From the NCBI GenBank assembly GCA_040954595.2, contig CM082593.2:3365434-3429433 (forward strand): a DNA stretch of 64,000 bases, read 5' to 3'. The notes under the pieces are model-generated. The model did no database searches and was not told where the DNA came from. It saw only the letters and a program-made list of their open reading frames with translations. The stretch is from Balanoglossus misakiensis. Taxonomy: Eukaryota > Animalia > Hemichordata. Of this stretch, positions 40,411-53,964 are shown in pieces. Positions within the stretch are counted from its first letter, which is position 1, and the number at the start of each line of letters is the position of its first letter. The translations under genes and the position numbers were made by a program.

Positions 40411-43400
40411 TAACTTTCAAAGGAACATTCAACACAAACAGAGGAGACATATATAATATATTCCCAATGTGACTCGGAAGGCATTGATGAGACGGAGAAG
40501 GAAACGAAGAAGAAGACAGATGCATGAGAAAGGAAGTTGCAACGTGAAACAGAAATTAAATTTTCATGGTCAGACTCATCAATCATTATCATAATCTACT
40601 TTCAGACAACGATGTGTTACCTTCATCAAAGTCGTTCGTCACGTGTCGTCCCTTACGGCTAAAGAAAAAAATCTAATTTCGAATTTCTGCGATGGTATTG
40701 TCACGGCAGCTGATCTGCTTTAATCAATTACATGTCAGATAAAGGAAGGCAACTTTTATTGATGTCGTTATTTTTATCACAAAAGCGTTTGTGGCGATCA
40801 CGATAATCTCAAAAATCTCCAATAAATTAATATGAGAAACCGGTCGGGTATATCAATTGGAAACCCGTAAATATTGAAAGGAAGTCTAACAGCGTCTTGG
40901 AAATGAAGAAAGTACAGCTTATCTGTAAACCCATTCCCCATTGTTCAGTTCTCGGCGAGATTTTCTTTCAGGTGCATGGTAAACAGAGGGGGAAATTCGT
41001 ATGGCCTAATATGATTTATGGCGAAGTAATGAAATTAATGTCACACTGTTTGATTAGTTTGAGTTGTATTCATCGAGACAAAGTGTCTCCTCCAAAGCGA
41101 TGACAGTCTTGATTCTAAGGATTATACATTTTATCGTTGACACAACTTGGTAAGCTTGGGCACCAAACGCGTTAAATAATATAGTCATGCAGTTCAGCCG
41201 CGAGAATGGCGTGTGATTTTATGCCAGAATTAACACCTCTGTGAAAAATCACCCTGATTTGAATATCCTGCTTTGACTGCCAGCTGTGGTGGGAGCGAAC
41301 TGAATTCCTGCGGGGAGGAATCTGTTTGAAACCCCAAGTCACGCGGTTATTTAGGCGCCAGCCGAGAGTCGGCGAGTTGGAAATGGTTCCCGATATCGGC
41401 GGCACTGCCCGAAGCTGGTAAATAGTTGAGTAATTTGAAGTTCTCGTTTGTCAGACTGCATTTCACGGGGCATGGAGAGAAACATCGCACCGGGTTTGAA
41501 AAAAAAACTGAGTTGAGTGGTTCATGGTTGAAATTAGTCTAGTTCCCTAGCAGCATATGCGGAAATAATTGAAGCAATAAATAATTAATTGGTTGCAACC
41601 GCAATAATGCCCCCCCCCCTCCGTCAAGCGGCACTAATGAGGCATAATCATGACGTAATCGCTCAAATTTTGCGTCCATTATGCCCCAAAATGGCCTAAT
41701 GGAGGAAACCAAAGGTATCAAAAACAAATGGAATACATTTTAAGCTAATCAAAAATGTAAAAAGTTCCGTACCATGAGCTTTAAAGTAGCTTGCATAGCC
41801 GAACATAATGTTGCTATACGGATCTTGTAGACATTTCTGTTTATTATTACACTTCAACTTCCTTGAAGTATTTAAAAATCGCAAGCACTTACAGGAATAT
41901 GTTGTATATTCCCACTTGGTTGGAAAGGACAAACATTCGCTGCAGAGGAGATCAAATGAAACCTCTGTTCGTGTTGTGGACCAGTCACTGTTACAAATTT
42001 GATTGTTTAACCTTTAACCTCCCCCTCCTCATGATTTTTAGACGATAATTGCTGATGACAAATTGCTATATACTATGAACTCGAATTCTGTTCCGTGACC
42101 CCTTTATACGCCCCCTCGCCACCACTACCACAACAATCTTCACACACTAAGAAACAGCATGATAATTTCATGGAAAGTAGACTTTCGCTCCGTTACTTCG
42201 CTGGCCCTGAAATGAAAAGCTCTGGAGACAATATGCATATGTCATGCCCAGGGGAAAGCAATCAGACTGACTCACGCTTGATGGAGAGCCGCAGGTAACA
42301 GATAAATTTTCCATCATCAAACAGTTATTCACCGCAGAAGGAGCCAGGTTGCTTTTAACTACACGAGGGAGTCCCATGAATGATGCAACGTCCCTATTTT
42401 GAAATCGAGGTGACCACTGTGGGCTGATTTTTTTTAAAAGCGGGCTTTGTCGATCGCCGACGAAGCAGTTTCCAAAATTCATAAAAATTCACCGACAATG
42501 AATATTTGAAAACGCGCGGAATATTTATTAGATAAAATGATTGTTTTCGTCACTTGTAGCCTTCATAAGACCGGCGGAAATGTGTGGACCACCTCGTTTT
42601 GTTTCGTGTGCACGACAAAAATTGTACACTGGGATATATCTTTAAGTTGTGGAAAGGTTGGAACACGAAGCCAAAAACAACTGCGGCCAGTAGAAATTTA
42701 AGAAGTCTACTTGACACAACCGATACTACTTTGTTCCATGTACACGCTCTGTCTTCGATTACAAGAGTTGTCAAGTTTTCAATTGAAATTGCGATATGTT
42801 AATTAAAAGAGCCTTAGAGTTAAATTAAAATTCCACTACCACGTTCACGACTTCTCAGGGGACCCGTATGGTACTGGTTCGTCGACCGTCAGCGTCCTTG
42901 CGCGATATTGAACCCTGGATGCGCGCAGTCGGGCGACTTTGTTAGACAAAATGAATCGAGAAAATGGAGAATTAAGAGACAGTTGAATAAACTGTCTCAC
43001 GTAGCTACAAATTGTACGTTTTATAACATCGCACAGAATTTTGTTTTTAATTCAGGACACGAAAAATAATGATGTCCGCGGAGACTTACCTTGAATTCAG
43101 CACACCTGACGCCACGATAATGTCTACAAAGAACTCCAGGTTTTGTAGTCCAAATATTTCGATATAACAGGCCGTTCGTTGAGTAAAAAGGAAATGTGCA
43201 TATAATCGTGACCGATTATTGATGCTATCAGCGGCAGCGAGTTTCTACTAAAAGCGAATAGTCGACGGCGCAGGTTATGCTCAGTGATGGCCTTAGGTGA
43301 TACTAAATCATATTATTTTGCACGTGTGATGGCGCAGTCATGCGTCTTCCATCCGCTCTCATTTTATCTCACGTGTCAGTTCACGTCTTGCTGTGTATAT

Positions 43401-44214
43401 CAGATGCTGGGCCCAGTTGAACCCGTTGGAACACAGATCAAACATATGAAATCAAACGAACAGAAATCCCGAAGTAGATAAATCTTATCAATCAACTTTT
43501 ATTATACTAGTATTCCAACACACGGCAACAGAATTCGCCATTTCTCAAAATGTTGCATTTGCTTCAAAATAATCACTTATTTCTGCTTTTGCATTGTTTT
43601 GTGCCTGAAAATTTTCGAGGTTAGTACATTGTATAGTTAAAATGGGAAATGGCCTATTATCTATTCTACAAGATATGTGTATATTTTACTAGAAGACCAT
43701 GCATCTAGTAGCCTTCTTAATGAAAAGCGATTCAAAATCTCAGAAATCTTTCAAAATCATTTCTCAACTTTGTAAATTAGGTTGGCATATCACAAGATCC
43801 GAACGTATCAACTGAATTCAGATTGCACAAAAAAAACAAGCATGAACCCATTAATTCTCGGCTTAGTTTCTTTTCAACTAAAAAAAACACAGGAAAACAA
43901 AACGACCCAGTATAGATTTGTTGCAGGGTTAAACAGTGCCCCACACTTGCATAGTTCTTTATCAAGCATCAAAGCATCAGAAACATTGTGCGATATTTTT
44001 GTCTTCTACGAAAATAAGGAGTGCCTAAAAAAGTAACAGCTTCAAAATTTTGCTGCTGCTAGGAATTTATTTCGAAGATCTTCGATCCCAACATGTCAAA
44101 ACAGGAGCAAACTTAACGAAATACTGTGATTAACACACAGAATACCAAGAAAAGATAAAAAAAATTACAGCTTTTTTTGCTTTGAACTTTTCACAAACAA
44201 AACATAGAAACAAA

Positions 44215-47200
44215 TTATTCAGCATCACCAAACATTAAATCACACATCACTGAATTTTCTGGGTGTAAAAGATAAGTTTTGTCTGGAACAAAATCGTTTC
44301 TTGTGATTTCCACTTCGAAAGGTTTTCCCGCTGATGGTGACGATTCCTGCTTTTTGATTTCATGCCTGCAAGAGAAAACAAATATTGGCATGGTTATAAA
44401 GATAAGTAAAATCTGTTCGGTAACTTCTGTTATTTTAAATCAACCACATCTTCTTACCTGAAATTGAAAGCTGGCTGACTCATTTGAAGGCAGACTTTGA
44501 CAGGTTCATCGTAGAAATCTACAGACGTTGTAAACTGCATGGTCGCCTCTGCATCGGCTGCATACGCCAGTGTGGCACTTGCAAATCCTGCATCAGCCAT
44601 GGTGTTCCCCCTGGCCGCCATTGCACCACTGTGAAACAAACAAACGAACATCAGATGTCAACCACCATGCATTTGTGCATTAAAACTCTGGTGTGCATGG
44701 ATGTGAACAAAAGAATTTGCCCACCACACCACTGGTGGCATCCTATAGTTGTTGGAAAGAGGCGACAATCTCACCTGTTAGACACCACTGAGATGGATGT
44801 TCTGTCCCACAGACTGATTTCAACTGAACCGGACAAGTCCAGCGACAAACCCCCTCTCAGCTGATTGTCAACGTTAATGCCACTCTGAAGTGGTATTCTC
44901 TGATAAGGAAGATAAGGAGAAGACAATTATACATTGTTATTTCACAAAGCTTTGGTTATGTGCAAGAGAGATGTGAAGTACTGTTTCACAAAGACACAGA
45001 GAAGAGACTGCACACTGACCTTTGACCTGTCGTGTAATAGCACAGTTCCCGCATACGCTGTGATGATGTTGTCGGCCGATGCACTCCACATCATGCTCAT
45101 CATCTCGCTGTAGCCGTTGAAGAAATAGAACGGTTTCATTCGTACATCCATGATGGAGATGCCGATCCCAGATGCTACTTCATTGTCATCAGCCTCATCC
45201 GCCTCGCCGAGGAAACCGTCTAAACCTGTCGCAAAGAGCCCAACCTGGAAAGATGGAGAAGGCATGGAAACCGGAATGGTCAGTTATCTGAAACCTGTCT
45301 GTACTGAATTCTTACACCACATAATGATTGTGATGTACAAGTCATTGACATGGCTGCATGACCATTTCAACAGTTTCCCGAGCTATGACTTACCGAAACA
45401 ACTGTAGCAGTGTCGTTCCCAGCAGTCATCATAACATCCGTGTAACTTGATCGCAAAATACCCGTCTTGCTCATCAACATATCCAATGAATATGTGGCGA
45501 GGGCGTCTTCGGTATCTGAGAGAGAAAAAAGATGGGGGGGGGGGGGTCAATTTTCACATCGTTAAGAAACTGGCATTGCTTCTAACTCACCCTGGTGGAT
45601 GATGGATCTACAAAATTGTTCACTCACCAGCCATGACATTGCTGAAGCTGACAGACATTCCACTCTTGGCCACCATGTCATAGTTGTAAACTCTGGGGTC
45701 ATTGATCACATCCTTTTGAAGACTGTTTCTGCAGAAGAAACATTGCTAGTGTTAAAATTGAATTTTTTAATGAAATATACAACACAACACAAAATATGCA
45801 GCTACTGTAATGGCTTCAGGAACAGAAACTAACTTCATTTCTTCATTGAAGGTTAGCACATCTCTGATCTTCCTCTGTAGAAACGCCGTCATCTCCAAGT
45901 TCTCAGTGTCGCTCAAGGAGAGTATTAAGTTGGCCATCTCCTGCTGGGTCGGGTTCTTGGTGAGAATCAAGACTGCAGCGTTGCCCCTGGCAGCCGTTTC
46001 ATAACTGCGGTGGTTTTGATGATAAATGGCGTTCAACACTTGATGTACCTGTGAAAAACGAAAACAGTTTGTGATTTTTCTATTCCATCTTTTTCTCCTT
46101 TCAATCTGCAGAAATGTACATGTGCTAGTCGTTTATGTGTCTTTGTGTTTGGTTTCACATTGTGTAGATTCTGGTAAAATACCAGACTGGCAGATTGTTG
46201 AGAGCTACAAATATTGTAATATTACCTCTGGAGTGAAAAGACTTGTGTCAAATACTTTCAAGGTTTCCAGAGCAGCCACTTGGATCCTGGAGTTTGCACC
46301 GTGCTGCGCATATTTAGCGATCGACGGAACTGTTTCCGGGAATCTGGAGTTGGACAAGGCTCTAAGGTAAATCACTCGGTCAACTTCTCCTTCGAACTTG
46401 TCCAGGGCTTCCACAAACCACTCCTTTATGTCTTGTACGACCTATTGCAGAAAATGGTTTTCAAAAAAGGAGATGGTTATTAGGTTGGGAAACTCCTAGT
46501 GTAGTAGGTATCAAAATTGATGATGTCATCATATTATGAGTACATAGATACAAAAAATAGTCTACTTACCTGGGCGTCGCATTTACCCTGCAGGCAATGT
46601 GTATGGACCAAGGCACCTACAGCCAATGCTAAAGACTCCCTCACCTTCTCATTTTCAACGCCTGCTTTAAGGACAGCCTGTGGATGAAGAAGAAAAAAAT
46701 TATAACATTAAAAAAAACTTTAATTTGAAGCAATCAAAAGCATACAACTTGAAAACGTCAAGTGTCCAAGATATTTTTGACAAAATGCACATTCCCTCAC
46801 CAAAAGTTTCTCCAGGATTTCATCGCTGGGGTGGCTCAGGAATGAAACAGAGATGAGGTAGCGGTCCAACAAATCCAAGATGTCACCATCGTTGAAATTG
46901 AGAATCTCCATCAATGCCTCGTGAGATGCGGTCGTCTGGGCAACGGCTGCGATATCGATGAGTTGCGGTCTGTGATGGAAGGGAAGCAGGCATTTATTTG
47001 CAATGCAGAACCTGAGAGAAACTTTGCAAGCTTGTCCTTTATTTAGGCAAGAAAGATTGGAATGACTTATTTTAAAAGTCAGATATACTTACAAAATCTC
47101 TCCATTTTCCTCGGCAACTAAAACATCAATTATTGTGTCTTTTCCCACAATTCTGAGTTTTTCAAGGAGGGTGATGTACGCTTTGGCAGACTCCACTGTT

Positions 47201-50200
47201 CCCAAGTTCTCCGTTTTCAGATCCTCTCGCAGATCATTGATTATCTCGCCAATCTGAAGGAGTTCAAAGGTCATTTTATCTGGGTGTTGTGACGATTCAA
47301 AGGTCGGTGATTAAAGCTGGCAATGCAGCGATTACATTGGCTATCACAAATTAATGGGTTCAATGTTAAATACGGTGAAATTTGTCCAACTGTAGATACA
47401 TCTGAAATCTGTTTATGGCATGAATGAATGAACAGATGGATGGATGGATGGATGGGTTGTCTATGGTTGAGTAGTTGGATTTTTCAGATAGATGTAAAAC
47501 TATTTTTCTGGATATTGACTTACAGGTCGACACCCTTCACTACATTGGTGATCGATCATATCAGTGATCGGTGACTGTGCTATGAAACCATCTCCAAGGC
47601 TTGACACTGCGTCTTGTGGGGTAGCGCCCTCAACTGTTGTCTTCTCTGCTCCAGTATTCACATATGTTAGTGACTGCCTGCAATTTTGTGCAAACCACCA
47701 GAAAAGCAATTATTGCATTATATTGTCCTTTTGAAATGAATATCATGATCCAACTGTCAACACAGGATGCATCTTGCAAACTTGAGTTTGACTTTACCTT
47801 GAGAGGACCGACGTGGCGATAGATTTTCTGATAACGACCCTACCAGTGTGTGACTCCACTGAGGTGGCGCTTTTAATAATGCTTTTGTCGTCAGACAGGT
47901 CATAGGTTGTGGTGATTTCTGAGTCCATGTCGACGCCCAGGATGATCTTTGTGTTGGAAAACTCGCCCACAGTTGATCTCTGACAACTGTTTGCATCTTT
48001 GGTTTTGACGATTTTGTCGCCGGAGGTGATGTAGTCAACTGTACAGTCTCCAGATGCATCAACCTGAAACAATAATAATAATAATAATTAAACTACATCA
48101 CATCAATGTGGTTTGCATACAAGTTGAAGCATAGACAGTACCCCCTCTACTGTCTATGGTTGAAGTCATGAAAGTGACTAGCACCCCGTACCTCATTGAC
48201 TTTCCCATCCTGGTTCTGAACTTGCAACAGACTTGCCACGCCTCTCTTGACGTTCAGCGATGCTGTGGGTTCTTCCACTGGAGCGTACAGTTTGGAGATC
48301 TTCCCGTTTGCCAGGTGCACGTACACCTGGTTCTTGGAGACAACTCCGCTGTTGCCGACGCCGCTGAAGATGTTATCCGCTCTCTTCCTGAGCACACCAC
48401 TGCCGACTTTGCTCTCGGAAACCTGAATTTCAGTCGGAACAACAAATCAAAGACATGAACCATAAGTGAGTGGGGCAGTCAAATAATATTTCAAAAGAAA
48501 GACAGTAAATATTTCAACAGCACTATCTGTTCTGCAAACAATTTTATCAACCAGACATGAAAACAAACTGCAATCTCTGCCAGACAGACAGACATGGCCA
48601 GTGACCGTGAACATGAACAGTTGCCATGGTAACACTTCTCACCTGTATCAGCAGCAACTGATTGTCCGAGTCTTGCCAGACCGCGCTGACCTCGACTGTT
48701 GCGGTCAGTTCAAACCCAACACTGCCCTTTGTAGAAAAGTCTCCGGAAGACTTGGGTTCGTTGAGTAGAAGACTCGTCCTGTAGTCGTACCTGTACGACT
48801 TTCCCGCCTCATAATTCAGTGCCAACGCTGTAGACAGAGATGAGATAGGAGAAATATATAACACACATTTGCAGCCATCAGTTAAAGGTTGACGATCGTC
48901 TAATGTCCTTTAAACCTCCACGTCTGTAATGCATGATAGCAGGCAGGTGAATGACTCGAGATCAAACAAAGAATGATGAAACAAATCTACAATTTAACTG
49001 ATCTTCATATCCGTAACGCATTAAACGATTACTGAGATACATGTAGGTGAACGACCTCACTCAATGACAGAAGCATGGTGAGGGACTGCAGTATGAAAAA
49101 CTACAAGTTAACAGTGAAAGAGTGCCACTTTCAGCCAAAACAGTATAAAATAAGGTACCATAATGTGTTTCATCATAGCAGCATGTCCACAACATGCCAT
49201 GTAAATGAACATGAAAAAAATGGCAATGTTTGTTTCAACTGAATCTGAAGAAACATTAACCGAACAGGACAAAGTCCTAAGCATGCTGTCCAACAACTTT
49301 GAAATTTGTACCTTACTACAGCGTGTAGTACGGGTGTACTCTATATGCAGCTCAAGATAAAAAAAGCTATAAATAGCAAAGCAATAGGAATTACATTTAC
49401 ACAATTATAATGTCAAAGCCGAATACCTCTCTCCCAACCTCTAATAAAAAGTTGTTGTTTTTTCGATTTGTTATCTTTATTTTCATGTTATAAATGCCAC
49501 TGCAGAAAAGTTATTACCAAGCTACTGAAATATTTATGTAAAATGGCTCTCACAAAATAATTTTGATCTTTGGACTGGTGTTTTTTTATTTATTAAATAG
49601 CTTACTTTGCAAACCTTGCACCGTACATCAATACATAGTTGATGATTTACAAACCAACTATCCAACTATCTAATGATCTTTTAATTAAGGATGAAAATGA
49701 ATTTGCCTGATCAGTTAATTAATTTACAAAGCAATTTTCATTACATCAATAAACCAGACAATCTCATCTTCAATGCTATCAAAGATTAATAATAACAGCT
49801 AGCTTCCCCTTATAAGCTCTATTTATCATGATTGACAGATTCTGAAACTGTACTGCAAATAAGAAAAAAATCACTGATACCAAAACATTGTCAGGTGTGG
49901 TACAATTACTATAAGGGTATGAAAAAAAAAAATATATATACTGTACAGTCCCTCTTACATTATTATACCGGTACTAATTAATATGCATTATGCAAATATG
50001 GTGATTTGTTGAAGGTTAAAGGTCAAACACATTTGCATGGTTTGCCATTATCACATGCATTGATGGTAGCTTCATGATTTTTCTGGTTTCTTTTTCCCAA
50101 TTGAAAAGTCACTGTGTTCGGTTCAAGGCTGATGTTTTCAATACTGTACAGTGTTTGAGACACATCGCCATTGCGTTAATCATTAACAGTCCATCAGAAT

Positions 50201-50857
50201 TATGATTATGATAAATGGATAGTATACGTGTACAATGTAACGATATGATTAATCGACCACACGTTGTATATTGCATATGCTTTATCATTTATATAGGTTA
50301 TTACCGAGTTGCTGGTTACCATGGTAGTGCAATGCACATGAAATGTGGTTGGAATACCAACATTTGCTCGTTCATTTTGAAAGGGGAAGGAAACCTTGAT
50401 GTTTGGTTGGACTCTTCACAGTGGTACGTCTTGTCAATGAATGTGATTATGTGACAACTTTTAATCACCATGAAACTGACTGATGGCTAGAAATGTGATT
50501 ACATCATGCGTATTGCATTGCATGGCAACTACGTATCAAAACCCATTGTACTTTTATAAAGGAACGTTACAAACTAGCAAAGAACTGTCGAAAATGGTTA
50601 AAAGTAAATCACGTCAAAATAATGAGAAAACTCGCTATCACTGTCAGCGCCGGTAAACTGCACCATGGTATTGTGCCAATAATTGATTGGCAAGCCTTCT
50701 ATTCAATGTGACAAATGAACAATGCGACCCACACAGCTGTTTTCCCATTGTTAATAAAAACAACTCGGCGTTTAACGCCAGTTTAACAGTGTTCACATCT
50801 TTTAGACCTACCTGAGGATGACACCAGCACGAGAAATACTGCAAGTTGAGGTTTCAT
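44215..50857 (-). CDS. MTTP: Microsomal triglyceride transfer protein large subunit, about 16 exons
   Basis: Signal exon 50857-50812 (MKPQLAVFLVLVSSS) joins in phase to 48828 (ALALNYEAGKSYRYDY). Vitellogenin-N/LLT motifs LNVKRGVASLLQVQ, EVDASGDC, PQLIDIAAVAQTT, LDRYL, YLRALSN, VYNY, QVGLFATGL, FFNGYSEMMS, QRIPLQSG, VCLQMSQP. The last exon ends LHPENSVMCDLMFGDAE* at 44215, like the MTTP C-terminus. Length fits MTTP rather than vitellogenin or apoB. Confidence 0.95.
48123..48165. mobile_element. 29-bp hairpin with 7-bp TSD in an MTTP intron (candidate DNA-transposon footprint)
   Basis: GTTGAAG | CATAGACAGTA CCCCCTC TACTGTCTATG | GTTGAAG. Confidence 0.8.
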
Positions 50858-51763
50858 TTTCTCACTGGTGGCAAAAAGGACCAACGAGTAGTAGTACAAA
50901 CACCGGCCTTCCTCAAATCACAGCTGATAGTGTTGTGTGTAGAGCTTAGATCTAGGTCGGTGTGTCAGTGGTAAAAGATCAGCACAACTCTTGATCAAAG
51001 TTCAACCACACAGGGACCAATGACCAGCCTTGCTGTGATTGGCTTCGTGGATTTGCAATCTGATTACAAGCGTTTCGACACGTCAGTTTTAAAGTCCATC
51101 GAATTTTCCAGCGTACCTTCCAGATCTCTGCTTTTACAAGACAGCAGGTCGCGGAACAATGTCTTGTGAGCGTGGGATGCCACGAAGCGAGATAAACAAC
51201 TTTATATTTGCTCCTATGTATATTTTGCATGTTGGTATTGTTTGCTAATATCCCGGAAGAGGTATTGTTTAAAAGCCAAGAGTCTAGATGGTGTTGCTTT
51301 CGGTGATCGGTTGCCTGATCTATACTCTTGGCTGACAAATTGACAATATTACAACACACACACAAAATATGTTTCTACAATGTAGTTATATTTGCAGCAC
51401 CATTCACACAAACAACCTTACAATCTTCAAGAAACACAGTTCTTATGTCGATGTGACCTTCCGTACGTAGTGCGCCCCCGGAGGTCATCCCTGGGGTCAC
51501 CTGCGAGACTGCCCTACGAGATGGTGACACTCTCATGGAGTGCGAGACTTCAAATTCAATATGTCTGCGCCCATGAAGAAAACGCGAAAGAACACTTTCG
51601 GCCACCGACACGGTTTTCTCGTGCTTTGATAGGGCTTTCGCAGCGATATGTGTCTGTAGCCGATATCCACTTCCTTTGCATGTTTTGCCATTTTATTTTA
51701 TTCGAGTTTTCTTGTTCAAGTCGTCCACATACTGTACAACAGGCCACGTAACACACTGACAGA
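50858..51763. promoter_or_regulatory. Divergent promoter region between MTTP and TRMT10A
   Basis: ATGs about 900 bp apart on opposite strands; HNF4-like DR1 at 50992-51004. Confidence 0.7.
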
Positions 51764-53647
51764 ATGGAACACGATGATCCTAATGCATTGGGGCGTCCAG
51801 TAGATAAACCGTGTGATACCGACAGTGGGGGAGACCAATGCATGAAAGAAGAAGAAGCCATTCCACTGTCAAAGAGACAGCAGAAAAGACAACTGAAACA
51901 TCAGAAATGGCTACAAAGGAAAGAAGAAATGAGGTTGGTGATGTAGTCATGACATTGGTAGTGTAGTTATCACCACCATAATACAGGAATGACCCATTTA
52001 GCCAGCGACTGAGTGAGGAGGGCGGTGGTTGAACTGTGTAGAGTGAAAAAGTTGAGTAATTTGATCCTCTTTTCCAGGAAAAACAGAAAAGCCGAGAGGA
52101 GGAAAGCAAAAGAAAAGCGTGTGCAGACTGGAGAACCTGCAAAGAAAATTTACAAGATGGCCAGTGAAGAAGCCAGTCAAGTGAAGGTGGCCATTGATTG
52201 CGGCTTTGATGATCTGATGTCACGCAAGGTAAGCAATGGTTGTAGTGGGCCTGGTGCTGCTAGGTTGACAATGTTGTTCTCTGCAACAGCGTCAACCTAG
52301 CAACTCCTTCTTCAATCATTGCAGCTATACACTAATAGATATATGTATAGACATCACTTGGATCCTTATGGTTAATTAGTAATTAACCAAATTTGACATA
52401 TTTGTATTCCTTGTAGGATATCAGACAATTTGTGAAACAGATTCAGAGAAGCTATGCTGAGAACCGCAGATCACCCAAACCTTTGCAGTTCTATCTGTGC
52501 AATCTGACTGGCGAGACGGCCGACACACTCAATGAATGTTCGCCAGGATATATCAACTGGGATGTAAGTCCAATGCCAGCAAAACGTTTCACAGTTTCTT
52601 TAGAAAAGAGCAGAGCTCTGATGACAGTTGATTTTTACGTAGCCATCTTGCAGTTGTTTTGAGTTTTCTTCAATTAAGAATGTTTATTTGTGGTTATAGG
52701 TTCATATCAAATCAGAGAAGCCAGTGGAAGTTTTTGACAAAGAGAGTATTGTATACCTCACATCAGACTCGCCGAATGTGTTGGAGACTTTGGAAGATGG
52801 CAAGGCTTACATCATTGGTGGGCTTGTTGACCACAATCATCACAAGGTATATATAGTGATATTTTCATTTAAATTAGAATTTACCTCACTGACTCAGTCA
52901 TGGCTGACTTTCTCTATGATCTATACTTATTCTGTGATGTACGTATCTTTGTTCTGTTATCAGGGGCTGTGCTACAAAAGAGCAACAGAAGCCGGCATTG
53001 CACACGCTCAGCTGCCAATCAGTGATTACGTCAAACTGCAGTCGAGAAACGTCCTTGCTATCAACCATGGTAAGTATGATCAGCTCAGCATTGGATCTAC
53101 ATGACTTGAGTGTTCACAAGGAGTGCAGTGGAGAAAATCATAGTTGATGAAATAAACAAAACATTCTGACCAGAATACAGTTTACCAATTGCTCACTCAG
53201 ATCATTTGTTCACTTTGAGAAATTTGATTCTGACTTCACTTGCTTACAAATTTTCTTTCAGTTTTTGAGATCCTCGTGAGGTATGTACAGTCCGGTGACT
53301 GGAAGCAGGCTTTCTTCTCGGTGATTCCGCAGAGGAAAGGCGTAAGTGATCTTGGCAGTGGAGATGGAGGATCTCAAAGTAGTGGTGGAAAGTCAAGGGA
53401 AGATGCAGAGTGTGAAAGAGTTGGCCAAGTGGGTGTCGAGGAAGGAAAAGGGGCGTCGTCGCAGGCATCGGGAGAGGATGAGGAAAGGGATGTGGAAACT
53501 ATGGCAACAGAAAATGAGGGAGGAGTGATAGTGGGAACAGATGACAGTGATGAAGTAATGCAAGGCAATGAGGGAGATAGTCAGGTAGGCTCTATAGAAC
53601 ATGCAGATAGTCAGGTAGGATGTATAGAACAGGCAAATGATGACTAG
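51764..53647 (+). CDS. TRMT10A: tRNA m1G9 methyltransferase TRMT10A, 6 exons
   Basis: Exons about 51764-51933 (PLSKRQQKR), 52078-52228 ([11 protein letters not shown]), 52417-52563 ([17 protein letters not shown]), 52700-52846 ([24 protein letters not shown]), 52964-53068 ([16 protein letters not shown]), 53262-53647 ([17 protein letters not shown] plus acidic tail). These are SPOUT Trm10 motifs; position next to MTTP supports the A paralogue. Confidence 0.95.
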
Positions 53648-53964
53648 TGCAAGACCTGCTCTGGGAATGAAAATGTTGACCTGATGATCAGGTGAGGAAA
53701 GAGATGTGGAAACCACACAAACATAACTGGCAATCGCAGCGCGCCCTCTGGTGGTTAAGTTGGAAAATAAGGCCCTCATGATATGTGCTTGCTTTTATGC
53801 GAATCGAAAAAAAAATTTATTCGGCAGAAAATGAGATACAACTGACAGAAACCGATGAACTGCACTCTAAACAGAGTGTACCACAATGTGACCGCAGATT
53901 TGAGAGTTGTACCGAGACCTTTGTTACACCGGGGACATACTTCACTGGACTGTCAAACAAACTT

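Noticed and set aside
40097-40592. Poly-His/Gln/Thr/Val ORFs
   Set aside because: Trinucleotide microsatellite with no splice or domain support.
44215-50857. Vitellogenin or apolipophorin call
   Set aside because: Protein is too short, lacks a VWD domain and has an MTTP-type C-terminus.
52847-52963. 117-nt stop-free in-frame intron in TRMT10A
   Set aside because: Short 3n stop-free introns arise by chance, and retention would break the SPOUT core.
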